A stretch of DNA of 64,000 nucleotides from Lingula anatina (GCA_051362555.1 CM120644.1:15150534-15214533), one strand, 5' to 3'; counted from the first letter of the stretch, positions 1-15,764 are shown. Notes: generated by a model from the letters alone, not told the origin. Made by a program: numbers and translations.

Positions 1-815
1 ATCACGTTGAATTTGTATGATTTTTTTCTTTCTTTAATCCATCACTTTGTGCTTGCTGAATACAAAAACAACAAAGGGACTGCAATTTGTTTTAAGTTTT
101 TGCACGAACATTCTTCTAAGAAAATGGGTTATTTAGTCACGATATTACAAGGAATTCGACTGCTATACTAGCCAAACACATGGTTGGTGCCTGCACCGCG
201 GTCTTGCAAAAGGAGTTTGCAACATGCGGTGAAGTAATCCACTAATTATTTTTCCTCGTTAAGTATAATGTGATTTTACGTAACAGTCGTTGCATGATAC
301 AGAGAAGAAACGTCAAATGTTTTCGAAAAAATAACCACTTGTTTCACAGAAAGGCACGTATAATGAACGTGATATGGTCTTCTGTCTGTGAATTAATGAT
401 TATACACATCGGGTTCTCATCAGACCTTAGTTTGGCTTGAGCATTTTTTCAGTAAATTAATTTTGTTTATTGTTCTGTTTGGTTCTCTCTCTCTCTTCCC
501 CTCTCTTTCTCTCTCTGTCTCTCTCTCGCTCTGTACGTGTGTTAACGCGCGAGTTTGTGTGTGTGTCAAATCCAGATATACCAAGGGGGCGGTGTTTGGA
601 AGACATTGTTAGATAAAATCGTCATTCAAAAACTCTTACCACAACAACATAGGGAGGTATGGACGTGTGACCATGTTCCTTCAGTCAAACTTCCAACTTT
701 TGCATGTGGTCCTTAAATGTCCACTGGTTCTTATGCGTACAGAACGGACTATGCGAAGACGAACTGTCGCTCAAGGATGCAATTTCCAACATTGGGCCCA
801 GTTGGGTTAGCCGGC

Positions 816-846
<31 letters not shown>

Positions 847-949
847 AAAACAGGATCTTGATGAATACCAATATCCAAGGAATTTGGCGTATTCACAGCC
901 GATGGATATATGTTTTGTGAATCAATGACGTACTATTTGGAATTTGAGT

Positions 950-951
<2 letters not shown>

Positions 952-1014
<63 letters not shown>
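952..1014. repeat. (CT)n microsatellite
   Basis: Direct reading. Confidence 0.95.
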
Positions 1015-1019
<5 letters not shown>

Positions 1020-4000
1020 AGTGTGTTTAGATAATGTTTTGATGCGCCGTTTTGAATCTGTCGAAAATTTATAGTTAAACATAGCTGTCTGTAGAAAGTT
1101 CAATAAAAAAATCGACCATTTAACCAACGAGTAGAAGCACGTGCACCGACATAAACATTCCGCAAACCACGTGACCAGGCATTAGTTTTCTTGGCAACAG
1201 CCTGACCAATCAGCGGCCTGCTTTCAGGCTGTCATGCCATAATTGAAAGTTATTATGTTCTGTCAAGTATATAAATCTGCCTAACCATGATTTACGGTGA
1301 TTAGGCTAGAAGACCTAGATTGCGATTCGTACCACAGGATTATCGTGATACAGGTAAAGTAATAATGTTTTGTTACAAGAATTATAAGATAGCGTATTGA
1401 CATGGGGCGGCGAAGAATGGGAGCAATGGATTTGTCATAGGGATGTTATGTTTTTTAAATTCATTATTTTTGGTTAGGACTCAGTTTTTTGTAAATTGCC
1501 CGGAAAATAAGCTACTTTCTTTATGTAGAAATTGTGGGAAGACGGCAGTTTTTTTTCTTGGAAACGGACTGTTTACCACTGTCTAGGGTACTGTGTCCTT
1601 TTGCGTTATCAACGAAGTACAGCTGTAGTTTCATCCAACCTGTATACGAAGTATGGAACTTGACATCTATAGGACAAACGAGTTCTATATTTACACCGTA
1701 TAAATGAATGACTGAGTCCCGTTGCACTTAATAACTTCACTCATTTGTAATTTTACAAACGCGCCATTTGCATAGATACTTCTTTAAATATATGCCCGTT
1801 TTGAAAACTGAATTAATTCGGGCTGCAGTATATACACACGAGAGTTTAATATCGTCTTCTCGTCAAGTTTAGCGTGGTCAAACAGCGTTGAAGGGCCAGT
1901 TAACTGATGTAAGCTCGTGGCCAGCTTCTAGCTTAAGTTGAAATACCAGGAAAACCCAGGGTTTCAAAATCCTTTTGTAAAATCCAACCTGTTAGAATTA
2001 GTTAAAAGCGGTCGTTGCTCACCTGAAGTAGTACGTGCAAACTCGTAAATTTTAAACCAATTATACGGTAGCTTCTTTTTTTATTGCTGACACGTGTTTC
2101 AATGCACGAGGTTGTCTCTATGGTTAAAGTAGCCTTTTATTTGGAAGATATACGAGGTGAGTGAAGTGAAGGTGTCGGGTGAAAATTTAGAGGCATTCTT
2201 GTCTTCAGAGAGAAGTGTGAAAAAAGTCACAGGTTTTTTGCACTCGGTTACTTACCATGGTTTAGAATTTTAGTTTTCTCAAGCTAGTATGGCCGAGTAG
2301 ATTAAGCAATGAGTCCTGTCCAAGGAAGACATAAATGTTATCTATCTTTACCTGATAATATGCTTTTGAAGTTTGAAGTGTTTTTAAAATGCAGCTTTAA
2401 AATGTGTTCTAAGATATACAGTGATTTACTCTCGGACTCTGTCGCCACCTCCTTATTTTGCTGTTGAATGCATTAAATTCATGTCTGTTTCAAGTTTTAC
2501 TGCTAAATTCCCAGTTGATTCGCTTAGTAGTCATGTCTAAGAAGTTGTCGTATTTTTGATTAATTTTAGAGTCAAAATTAAAAAAAAGATAAAAATAATA
2601 TTTTATGTATCGTTGCTGACAGAAAGTTTTTTTACATTCCTCATATTCGCGTCTTTCAAATTGCTTTAAAAGTTGTAATTAAGAAACACATAATTACGTT
2701 AATAAATAAATGTTCAACATGATCAAATAGTCCTAGTATAAAACCATTTGAAGCTATATACGTGCATGTGTCTCGCAACAATAATGATAATAGACAACGA
2801 GAACAGATACACTCCACAAAACTTTTTTTTCTGTGAGCTGGGACTGGCATGTGAGACGTTAGTAAAATATTGTTAACGCGCTCTTCTCACGAATGGGCGT
2901 ATACTTTGTATTGGACTTAACAATGAGGAAAAACAATTGAGATTCTTATCAGAAGAATATTGTCATATTAGTTGTTACTTTTAGGCATAGAAAGCGATGA
3001 GTCTGCATGGATAATACATTGACCTGACCAGGTTGCAGCCGGAGATATTAATGATATAAGCGACGTAAGCTTATCTTGTTTCTGTTAACGGGGGCCACTG
3101 AAAGGGCAATAGATGCGGATATAGTGATGATTAAGAATGTTTCATGTACAATTCAGTATTGAAACTCAGTAAGGACACGGGTACCGTGCATCATAGTTTT
3201 GTCAGTCGTTTTTAATTGGTGATTAAAGTCAAGGTGGCAAGATTTGTTATTTCGGTGACACGATGGAGCGTCAGATAGATAATGTTAATTGTCCTATCAA
3301 ACGTACGTATCTAATTTGTGTTCTAATTTGTTTGGTCAAACGCGTATCAGCCCCACTCAAAATCCTTGTGCTATCTTTGTCCATGCTAATTGGTCAACAC
3401 GATGATAGGTTTTAATAAATGTATTGCGACCAAGCTACATTCTTTTTTTCTGAAGAAAACCGATATCCGTAATGTTGCTTGAGAATACTACTTCTCTCAA
3501 GAGTCACACACCTGAAGATGAATGGTGATTAGTAGTACTAACCAAATTCGCGGCTTTTAAAAAATGACAATTTGGTGCGGTAAACCTCAAAAGATACTTG
3601 TTATATTTCGTGGAACCCCGATCAAAAATAACATTTCCTATGTACTTGAATGCAGACGGAATCAAGAACCCGAAAAGAGACGAGCGTACGCAAGAGCACA
3701 TATTTCGTCCGTCTGCACTTGCGTCGGTGTAATCAGAACATACGAACGTATGCACTTACGCATTATATTTGCATGCACCGCTGTATAGTAGTTATCGACT
3801 TTTTTTTTAACTGCAAACTAACCCGCAGTGCATCAGTTAAGTAATGTTAGCAGGCCTGCATTGCATTAGGTTACACACTTCAACAATGCTTGTCCAGTTT
3901 CTGTTCGGATCATGTTTGTTCAACTGAAGTTCACATTGAAAGGCGTAAAATATGTGTGCCCCCTCTCTCTCTCCCCCCCCCCCCCCCCCCCCCCCCGTTT

Positions 4001-7000
4001 CCAATTTACATGTGATATGCATATATTTTAAAGGTTAATCAAACACTTTTAAGGAGGGAACATTAAATGTACTAGTATTGCAATGAAGGAGCATGGTAAG
4101 GATCATCCTCATGACACTTTAGGCGATTGCTCTGCATTTAAGAACGGCGGGATGTATGAGATCCCTGCTTACCATGCTGGAAAAAAATGCCTCCGTTCCG
4201 CGTCGAAATCATTTTCCCTCGTAAATAAATCACACCAACCGCTCACCGGTGTTAGTCTAATTATCGGGCGCTGCATAACGTGGGGGTTAAAAGCGATACA
4301 CTCTTCGTAACACGCGTTTGGCATTAACGGAGCAAAAATAGAACTAAGTTCCGCGTGTGCCGAGGTTTTACGATACCGGAGCGGAAATGTTTTCTTTTTT
4401 TTTCTTGGTGAATGAAATGGAGTGGAATACAGGTTGGGCTACATGGAAATACTGGTTTTCATCATCGTGCATCTTGAGTTTGCACGTCATATTAACTTTT
4501 GTACAAGCAGAGTCCTTCGATTCCATTTCAAACAATTTTATGTTAGGTGTACGTAACCCATATTTGCTTTATAGATTAAAATTAAATTGAAATGTCTCGA
4601 TCATTCATCTGTAGAAAAAAAAAAAAAGAGAAAGAAAAGTAGGTCAGGCCATCTGATATCTCGCCCTCAAATTCCCTCTCAAGGTTGTCTATAATTAAAT
4701 GACATGTCCTCATATCTATTAAAAAGATATATATTAAAATTTAATGACATATGACAGATTGTTTTTACGCCTGCTCATATTTCAAACAGTTGACCTCTAA
4801 ATGGCTCAGAATTGTGTCAGTGTTGGTTTCTTGCAGAGAGTAACTAATGCGGTTCTAAATTATGAAAACGAATTGCACATGTGTTTAGTTAATTGTGAAA
4901 ACAAAATATAAAGGCGTTCTATGCCGACATCGCCTGTGTTAAAATTTAAATGTCTAATGTGATTTTATCAATATTTTTTTGTACTGTGCTAGTTTTCAAA
5001 CGTGTTCTCTCACTATACTAAATGCAAGCTTTACTTTAATAAGAAACAGAAAAGGGACCGTCTCCGAAAAAATAGCAGTTTATTTATTGAGCATGCGCCA
5101 CATGGCCACAGTACCGTTAATAAATAATGTGATTGTTTTAACTGGACGCAAATTATTTCGGATGCTCGTTGCCTGATTACGCAAAAAGATTCGTAAAAAA
5201 TCAATTTCGTTTGAAAGCACATCTTTCAAAAACATTAGTTTAATCCAGTAAATCAAAAATCTACGATTTGCGTATCAAACACATTATATATGGTCACAAG
5301 GTTTGTGACGGCAAAAACAAGAGTACGAAACGTGGTGTACTAGTAGAACACTCATCCCACTGTCCTTGACTTAAATAATTCTGCAAATAACTTTATTTAT
5401 GTCCTGAATGTTATCGCTTAATAGGGTGAAAATAAAGAAATGGGGAACCGTAAGTATCTCGGTTCTGTTTTCTATTTAACGTACACGGTATACTCTTGGG
5501 TTTCCCCTCCCGTAATCAACACGGCATGCGTGTGTGAGTATAGAAAACTTGAGAGTGAAATCGCTATGTCATTCCTTTGAAGCAGAGGACCATGGGCGCT
5601 CTTATTATTATTAATATCATTCTTTTTTTTCTCCGAATAATGTTAACAGTAAGAGGGGTCAATATTGACTGGTCACTGGATGAGTATTTGGATTGAGTGA
5701 CGCGGTCAAATGAGTCAGGCCACAAGGTATAGCGTCCTAGTTCAAAGCGGAGGAGGAAATACTTCAAGCTCTGTGGCTCAACACTTTAGTACAGGGCGTG
5801 TTGAAAGAATAAACCCTGCGCCACAGGAGTAGCTTTTTTCAAGAGGATTTCGTTCGGATTGGGTGTTTTACCCCTCGTTCAAAGAAAGTAAGTTTTTATT
5901 TTATGTGGTTAGATGGATCGACAGCCTGTCGCCTGTAGTTGTAACTCTTGCTATGTTGTCTGAGAGCTTTCCTACCAATTGCTAGTTCCTCTGTTATGAT
6001 CTGTGTACAAAACGCAGCACGAGGTGGGAGTATTCGTCACATGTACTGCTTTTCTGTGTCTTTTTGCCGGAACCATCATACCCACACCGATATGTTAACA
6101 AAGTAAAAGGTCTTAGTCCTGATACAATGCAACACATAGTTAATCGTTTATATGTGATCTGGGGGGGGGGGGGGGGGGGGGGAAGGGGGTGTGGAGGTCT
6201 GGGGCGACGAATGAGGTCAACGCCGCGCCCAACCCGTTAAGAACGATGGACTTCGTGGGGGACAGGGAAGGGATTCATCCAGTTTACTTAAATGGTTAGG
6301 CTGCATTTAGCATCTTTTGTATATTTATAACATTATGATCGTCCGTGTTGCCTATCCCTGTTTTTAATGAGCGGCGTACTTTGTGTATAAGAATTGTAAA
6401 GCTGAGTCAACAGATTTAGCATTAGTACAGGAACTTAAGATCTTTTTTTTTCACTCTGGACGTTATTCGTTTTATCATCCCGCCAATGTTCTAATTGTTG
6501 ATGACTTTTTAAAATTAAACAATCAATTTCTAATAACAATAATTACATTATTTATTATGTCAATTTTTATAATTATTTTCTATTTTTTATTTGTTACTTA
6601 ATTATTCTAAATTCAATTACAGCATGTATTTTTCTTTATTACTTCCTGCTTATAGAAAAAAAAAAGGAGGAGAAAAAAAGCGATATTACACTCTAATACA
6701 AAGCATGGCATGTGTAACCTAAACGCTAATATTGTTACATCCAAGAGAATGCACAATTACCCGTAGGGCTGCGGTAATGTTTACTTTAATTTATCAAACG
6801 AGTGTTCTTCGTGGAAAGGATCAGTGAAATTGCGTTACGTTTCTTTATCGATTTTTGATGAAGTTGTCTTTGTCTGCCTGCTATGTGTCCATCGCTGTCA
6901 GTTGACCATATTGCATTGTGTTTACTTGCAAGGCTTATAAGTCAGTTTACTTTTTTTTGGCTTCTGAAATATACAGACAATGAACTGTACGTACACTGTA

Positions 7001-10000
7001 CTTAATTTATACGAACTGGAATCGGTGCCCAGACTGTGATGGGAACATTAAATTATAGTAAAATTAATAAATGAGAGATCACAGACTCTATTGGGCACTT
7101 AGAAATCCCGGGTTACATAGATTAGCTAATTCTCAGAAATATCATGGATCACACTGAGAGCACTTGGTCCTATAATTAAGGAAAATCAGTAGAAATGATG
7201 GCAACAATTGTCGACCTTCAGGCTTCCCCCCCTTACCAGATACCTTAAATACCTTTCTTCCTAATTTAACAGCAAAAACGGTTCTAAAACATTCCTTGAG
7301 AATTATATATAGATAACATAACTGATAAACGTGTGGTAAACCCCACCGTTCTTCCCTTCTTTCCGGCACACACCTGTTATTTCTATTACTCTTCTTCCCG
7401 AAGCATCTCCCAACACGGTTCTGAAAACGTTCCGCAAGGAGCCAAGTTAAGTTAAGTCATGAAATAGTTCACTTTTATTTCACTGAAATACGTTGTATTT
7501 TTACCGGCTTTATTTTATGCCACACAGACCATACGGTTCAAAAAGGTTCAGAGATTATACTTTAGTGATTAAATGTAATGAACGATAGTTATTGGTGTCT
7601 TTTAGGGTTAATTGAACTAATTTGGCCATTTTTTTCATCAGATATTATTTTAACGGCGAGTACACACATTATATTCAAAATATCCACTGCGTTTTTGAAG
7701 ACTTATATGTAAAATAAAATAATTACTGACGTCACATTAATCGAATGTTTTGTCATGACAGCGTTGTTGTCACACGGAGTCATTTCTTCCCATGGTTTAT
7801 GGCAAGACCTTTGAAGTATCTATTTCCACTTTGGCCACTTCCCTCTCCAAACTCGGTTGGAACCCGGTATAAGTGTGTTTTTATCTCCACGGGGATGAAG
7901 GGTGGTTCGCCGGGTGTCTTCGTCTCCAGGACGCCTAAGTATCGCTATTCAAACATTACTCGTAGTCTAAGTAATTTTCACTGAATGAAATTCTTGTGCA
8001 AGTTAATGCTATGTCAACACAAGCAGTAATGCGATTATCTTATAACTTGGATTGCTTCAGCGTAAAAACTTGATGAGTAATATTAGGGCTCTGGCAAAAC
8101 CTCTTGGCTTTTGGGCAAACTGCAAGAGGCGGCATACTGGCCTCTTTGTTAACCGGGGTTCGATAGAACCTCGCGCTAATTGTGTTGTGGTTTAGACCCA
8201 AGTCAATCAAAACATCTTTCCTAGACGGGATTATTGATAATGACAGCGGAGTCTTAGAGAGATCAGTTATCGGAATTGTTCTACTGACGTGAAAAGCTGA
8301 GACATTTACTACTCTGTCCGTTCTTACCCAGAGGACGACATTTCCCCGTTGCAGCTCGCGGAGAACAGCTAGTACGTCGCAGAGCGTTGTGTGCCTTTAA
8401 AATCGAGTCGACTTATTGGTAGTGTACGGCTACCGTAAGAGTCTGACTCTTGAAGACTTTGAGAACAAAGTGAGGGAATGAAGTTGTTTCCCAAACTGAT
8501 GCCAAAGAGAGACATTTGGTTTGTCCTTTAGACCCTAAATGAGAAAGGGTCGCGGCCAGGTATGTTTTGCCTTATCGTAGTGACATTACATCTGGAATTC
8601 ATATATCGGAATAAGAAACCCTAGTTGATTTATAAAAGCTCAGTATTTATTAGTGTCTCAAATTACATTGCCTCCCAAATGTGCCGTGAACCCCATTTGA
8701 ACAGCGGCATTACAAGCACATTATGTGCATTATGAATTGTGGAATTTTTTTAATCAGGAAAAGGTTTTCAGAATGGCGTGGCAAATTTTCTCACTTAATT
8801 AGGTAGTGACTATAGGTAGTGACCTCATAAAGCAACCCAAGGTATTTCGGTCGACTGTACTTCGCATGGATACTGGGGAAATAAAGAAGAAGAAGAAAAT
8901 ATTCATTCCGTTTTTTATTTAATAATTGAGTTCTACATGACAGATCAGTCACATAGAATGCCTTTTCTACCTGTTTATTTCGAAACGCACTATCGACGTT
9001 AGGTACTTTCTTTATTTGTTTTCGCATTTGTCAAGTTCTGAAATGGGAATGAATCCTAGTTTTGCAAGATATGTAGGCATAGTGCATATACCTCTGCGAT
9101 TGCAAACAGTGTATCTTAATTGAAGCAGTTTTATATTCACCCCTACTGGAAAACCGTACACGGCGTCCTTCCCGTGCTCCGTCCGATTTCTCAAAACATT
9201 TATTTGGCGTAAGATCATATAAAACGCTGCAACGTTACACAGATGACTTGTTATGTAGATGAGATTGAGATATGATAAGACAAATAAGGACTGTTAGCGT
9301 GCCATCTATTGCCTAAATTACCTCTCTACTTGGATGCAAGAAACCATTTTGGTCGATTTCAAATGAGAATAAATCATTGTAAAATCGCTTTAGATTCTGG
9401 TGTTACACTAAGACAATGCTGCATTTTTCTTCGTAAGTGTGCTGAAACATGGGCATATAGAGTGTGGATTATTGTCATAAGATAAAATTGCTCTGCGACG
9501 GATTTTGGACACGCGCTTGCTGCATGGTGTGACTCGCTCGTGTTTCAGTGGCAAAGGTACATCGGATTCGCGACAGCAGGTAGGAAAACAACGTTTTCAT
9601 AAGGTTGTATTGGAATTAGATTTTAAATTACTGGCGTTGTTCACTGCGATAAACTGCTGGGTGGGTGGATCAAAATGTAGAGCAACGCGAAGCGTTTGCG
9701 CTTAAAGTGAAACAGTCTAATCTAATCCAATCGACAGGGAGATACACAACCCAAGGTGAACCAAGTAGTAGGAACCAAATAAATGGCGATCTTTACGGCA
9801 ACGAAAAGGGCGTATATTTCAAGACAACTTTAATTGAAATATCCATCTTTACACAAAGTTTTTAACCAATCCCGATTGGCTTTAGTTATATATAGAAACG
9901 GTTGGTGGTACAACGTCGAATCAATTTTAGGTTTTCCTGAAACGCTCACCATTTAGCGGGGGTGTCCACTTGAGATAGATTCCTTGTAAAGGCGGTATTT

Positions 10001-13000
10001 GTCACTTTCATGTTTACTCCACAAGAGATAACAAGGACCTTGAGGGACTTCCCACGACTTACTACAACAAAATCTATTTTTACAAGACATCATTATTATA
10101 AAGGCAAAATCGAATCCGTCAGAAAATATGTTGAACATCTTCAAACGACAGTAGCATTAGTTAGAGAACAAGACCACACGCTGCCAAAACAGGGGTCGCA
10201 GCAATACATACATCATTTTACCATGCCTCTTTTTATTTATTATTATTGTTTTTGTGTTATCTAGACTATAATAGAGGAATGTGGCAATTGATATTGAACC
10301 TACATTACTGACGCAAGGTTACTAACCAACAATACTAACACAAGGTTAAACACGGACTTCTTCTCCTCGTCATTATAAAGACAATTGCACGTACTAGTTA
10401 TTGTTGTGATACCCCGGCCTTTCCAATAAGGTAACCCACATGAAAAGATTGAATAATGTACTATAAAAGTACCGTTTTTTTCTCTTTGGCGTCCAGAGAT
10501 TTATTGATACATTTTGTTTTCAAATTAAGTTTAGCTTCACAGAACAGAGTAGAGCAGGATAACTGCTTTACAAAATGGTTATTGTAATTGAACGCCTTAT
10601 AAGCATCAAATTAATGCCTTTAAAAGTACACTGTTTTGTGAAAGCGCGTTTCGAGACACTGAACGTGAAAGGGTAAGTCGTTTCTTTGGTCATAGCGGTT
10701 GGGTAAAACGTATTTTAGACCACACAAGGAAATACAAACTTTTAGCAAACCTTGCTTGTGTCTTTTGTACCTTAAAACTCAACGTGCTTCAATAATCTCA
10801 CCGCAAGTAATTTTGAAAATCGAGCTACCTTTTTTTCCCGATAGCTTTCCGATTGGTATTCAAGATAAAAAAGTAACAGTAATTTTCCACCGGACTTGAT
10901 CTTGCATTTTTGCAATGCCCTTTTCGTTGAGGAATGCAAGTTTAAAAAGGTAGTAGTTGACTTAGTAGAGACACACTTCGTGCACGCAGTGCTGCAACGT
11001 TATACAGATTTATCAGACGTGAAAAAATAATGGCGGTGATTGTTTAACTTAATTAGACTGTTATAGATTGTATTGGCTCATCATCGGTTCACAAAGCAAC
11101 AACCGATGGATAAATAAGAGACAGGTTAAATGATGGATTACATGGGGTGAGCGAAGAGAGATCTTGTATTTGTAACATCATTGTAAAGGTAATTTATTTA
11201 GGAGTGTCTAGACTAGAAGAAAGTAAGCGAGGATAGATTGATTGCAAGGGAAGTTGTGATCAAAATTTTGATTAAGAATTTGACGTGCATTTCCCTGACA
11301 GTATCGCTGATTTTCGAAACTGTCACATCGCTTGTCTGGCACTCTTGTTTCAATTTGCCTTCGATTAAGAAAACACCATTGCATTTAGGTATGTAGCTGT
11401 ACGCAGTGTAGCTAATGTTAACAGGGCAAGTAATAATCTTAATTGTCTTACACCCCTGATGCGCAATGACGATTGGCATGCCAATAAAAGGAATGTGCCC
11501 AACTGAAAGTCTTGACACGGGATAGTTTTGTAATAGACGTGTTGGCAGATGCGACATATTGAACTATTGAATACTTTGGCATCGTTTTCTTTTTTTTTTT
11601 CATCTCAATAGTAAAACAATCGATCATAATTATCTTGGATGTTACACTGGGAGGACTAGTTAACTTTGGTTTCCTACCCTGGAAGCTGGGACTTTCATGT
11701 ACTTTACACAAATGCACTTTGATAATATCGTGGTGATGCACTTTTCAGGAAGGTATATATGCGAACTCATAGGAAGCCAATCTAGATAAGAATGAAGGAA
11801 TTAAGACACGTCAAGCGCGTGCCACGCGGTGATAGATATCTGTTTTAATCACGGAAGGTTCTTCACACTATTGATTAAGTCAACCCCGCCCTCTGACAAG
11901 CGAACGCTCATCTTCTACCGTGCCGTGATCGTTCTTTGCACTCTCTTGTCTGCAAAATCGTTTTTGGGAGGCGTGGAAAGATAGTAAACTTCACCTGCAC
12001 TCTCTTGCTCTGCGTTATTGTTCGAGATAAATATTTTGCTATTCATTCACCATGCATTTTTGTTTCAGACAGATGGGAAAATGAAAAAGAGTTATCAAAA
12101 TAAATATTCAATAATGTGTTTATATTTCAGACTGCACACGAAATACTGACAGTTTTGCCATATGCCCGGCTAGAAGGGGAAAACAGTAGGCAATAGTTTC
12201 AACACTCACTTATACTCGTACTTTTTTTATTTTAAACAGATGGGGATAGTCACCCGAGCAAAAGAGATTGCAGCGTGTGGACAGCTCAAGGCTTAACTGT
12301 GTTCCCGTAACCCAGCCCGAAATCATTGGTCTGACAACGGGAGCATATAGTCGCCTAACGCCTGACTGGGTTCTACGAGGCAATTTACCCCCTGCAGCAA
12401 TAACATACTTCGTATGTGTGGCACTGACAGTTTTACCTGATTGAAATTTGAAAACTCATTCGGACTGTAGGAACCTGATCGCCCAGGCCTGGAGTCTGAA
12501 TTGCGTGCGTAGGACTGCTGTGCGTTTCGACTTGTATTGGCCCTTGATTTTTTTTTTATTTTATTCTGCAGAGTTGTGAATGTATCAGTTGGGGTGAATC
12601 GTGCAAGGAACTGTCTTTCAACCCACGTGTCATTTGCCTGGGCGTGGCTTTTTGAACACGTGACAAGCAGCACGAGATTTGCGGATTTTTAGATAAATTT
12701 AAGGCACGTATATGCCTGTTGTCACTGCAGAAAAGAGTGTGGATGTTTCCAATACATTTTGGTTGAACAGCTAGGTTTCATTCTGGATAAAACAAAGTCT
12801 TCGAAAGGGTTGGCATTAGTCCTAGATTAACTGATTTGATTTCGTTTTGAGGACTCCCGTGCACCGTTAACGAACAAGCTGGTGTATTTCACTTTGTGCA
12901 ACCACGTGGTCATTGAATACTACCTGGTTCTTTGGAACACGCTTAGTTGAAACTTAATGCAAATTGATGCCAGAGTAAATTGCGGAGGCAAAAACGTTGC

Positions 13001-14232
13001 TGTGAAGTAAACCAAGAAGACAAGCGAAAAATCCGACAAAGGAAAACATACCGAAAACCCAGAACTCCACGAGGGAATCTGGTTCTGTCGCCTTCTGACA
13101 TAAAACAGAAACTCGCAGAGCATCTGTTGGCAGATCCACTCGGTGCGCGGAAGTGGTAAGTGCGTTATACCTAACATTGCTTTTTCTTGAATCCTACACG
13201 ACGTATTTTTGGTCCATTTTCTTTTCAAGTTTTAATTGATATTGTAATTTTTGATAATGCTTTTTTGTTTTACAATGGTCTTTTAGTGGTTTCTAGCGCT
13301 TTCCGTTTGCGTGACTGTCAATAGCAGTTTTACATTTCATCATTAACGTTTTGATTATAGCTTTATTCAAATCACGCCTGTTTGTGACTAGGTTTGGTTT
13401 TCCTTAATGAGGTGAACCTATATTTGTTTGAAAGCTTGAATATTCTGCTTTAGGCAGACATAGGTCCGCAGACAGGCTCGTACCATTATATGTTTTTGTT
13501 GTCAAACGTTATCCTTATTAAATGAATTATTTATATGCATTCATTACTCATTTAAAAATGTAAGCTTAAACCGTTGCGTTGATTTACCTATAAACGCCAT
13601 ATAAAGTTGTTGTTTACAAGGTTTCTGATTAATGTTTAAACGTGGGCACCTGACGCTTACAGCCTTCGGGAAGCAGCAATTGTCTCTGTCTGGCAAATTA
13701 TACCTATTAGGAATATCGAGAGTGAAAGATGGTTCAATTTTGCCAAGGAAATGACACCTCCATTTAGGATAGATTTCCAAAGAAAAGTTTGATCCAACTT
13801 GTGCGGACAATAAATTGCCCATCAATCAATAACTTAATTTCCGTTCCATTTGGATGGGCAATAGTTTCTAAATCAGACCAAGGGACACTTACACAAAATA
13901 ATTTTAGCCAAATAAAAACCCGGCAAAGAAATGTTCACCGAGGACTTATCGTACCTTAGTTTAGGATAAATGACATTGAGATTTATATCAGTCAACTCAA
14001 TAGCTGGTTAAACCATGGATAGTCAACTCCACTCCATTTCAGTAATTTTTGGGTCTGAAGCATCAGCCATGTCTTTCTGGCAATAAAACAGCAACATCGG
14101 CTTGTTTAAATAAGGGGACCTCTACTGTTTTTTTTTTTTTCTTTAATCAAAATAGACGACAGTTATTGGTCTGAATGTAAAGAGCGGTTGTCTGGTTAAG
14201 GTCGTGTTGTGAAAAAAACTTGTGAACTTATA

Positions 14233-14447
14233 GGCTCTATTCCCATAGATTTTAGATCGATCTATCCCCTCGGGGAGTCTCACTAGATTACTTTCAGATA
14301 ATCCGACTTAAATGTCCGTCCCGCCTACTACAAGCTGTAAGGGGGTAATTAACTTTCGTGTCCGCCCGGCTGACAGCTATTTAGCGTGAACCCCCAGGGA
14401 GTTAGGTCGATCTAAAGTAGGTCGATCTAATCTATGGAAATGGGGTG
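14233..14447. mobile_element. Palindromic MITE, family 2
   Basis: ccatagat..tagatcgatc versus ggtcgatctaatctatgg; homologous to 19543-19794. Confidence 0.65.
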
Positions 14448-15416
14448 TAAGACCCGAAAGCATTTTTATTGCATTAAGTACTGACTGCCGTGGGGACACG
14501 ATCGATGATGTACGTGTAAACACTAACAATGACGTATTCTATATAAGATAACTATTGTGAATTTGATAATGTTGATTTGTTGTCAAGTTTAAGGCCCGCC
14601 CGTTGTCCTGCAGCAGTGTGAGTGTTGCTGCCAGAACAATGAAAAAACATGCATCTCTGAGTCTTTTAATTTGATGATTGTAACGAAAAGATCAGGGCAT
14701 TAAAAAATGCAAATATACATGCTTGTGTTCAACAATGCAGTGGAAGCCGTGCCTTGTTTACCTGAAACGTGTCGAATTTCCCTACATAATTCTATATAAT
14801 ACTAGCATATAGACCCGTCTCTAAACGTGTTGTGCTTCCCAGCATTTGGGAGGTAAGTTATTACCGATGTCTTTTACAGGTGCAACAAACGTATCTAGTA
14901 TGTGTTATGAAACATTAAGTGTTATTCGTTTATTTCGAGAACATTTTTCTTTTTGACAGATAAGAATCGCCGCGTTGTTTGAAAGTAGTGCTTCGCCATA
15001 TCATTGCATGACTGGACTACTTTGTGCAAGCACTTAACTGCGTTCAATAACAATGGAGGGTAGTTTTAGTTTGTCAATTATTCATAACTCAATTTAGTCT
15101 CGCATACTTCTACTTATGCTGTGACAAACTTAGAACAACGGCCTGGTGAACGCGAAATACATATTGTATGAACAATGTGCTAAGCGCCATTGGCGAGAAA
15201 ATAATGTGCAGTATCATTTTCATAATCATTTATATAGTAACTTAGGCCCATTACATTCTGATGAGGATGAACTGCTCGAAATGTGTGCAGTGGAGAAGTA
15301 GGTTGTCTGAGAATAAGTGGTCATGAAGATCAAATGGTTCTCAGGTGTTCAAAGTTGTGTCTAGGAAACTTGCTATTAGATATCTACTGGTGTAGTGATG
15401 ATTTTCCAGCCGAGAC

Positions 15417-15461
<45 letters not shown>

Positions 15462-15764
15462 AAGTAAGAAAAATGGGCTCGGAGAGCACCTACATTCCAG
15501 GGAGTTTTTTTCTTTCTCCCTCTCTCTCTCTCTTTTATCTTAATCATTAGTCCAATGTAACGCGTGACTCACTTTAGAATTAAGCGCTTGCAAAACGCCA
15601 CATCGGCTGAAGGAAAAGTGATGATAACTTAGTCTTCTTGTATCAACGACGTTTAAATCACATTTTTTATGCCGGATAGCGTATCATTTACAAGACCAAA
15701 AACAAGAAAAGTGACATTCTCGATAGCAATCGCGTTTTGGTCACATTCATCTCTATACGACAGT

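Noticed and set aside
704-1127. ORFs with poly-Gly and (ER)n
   Set aside because: Translations of a G homopolymer and a (CT)n microsatellite.
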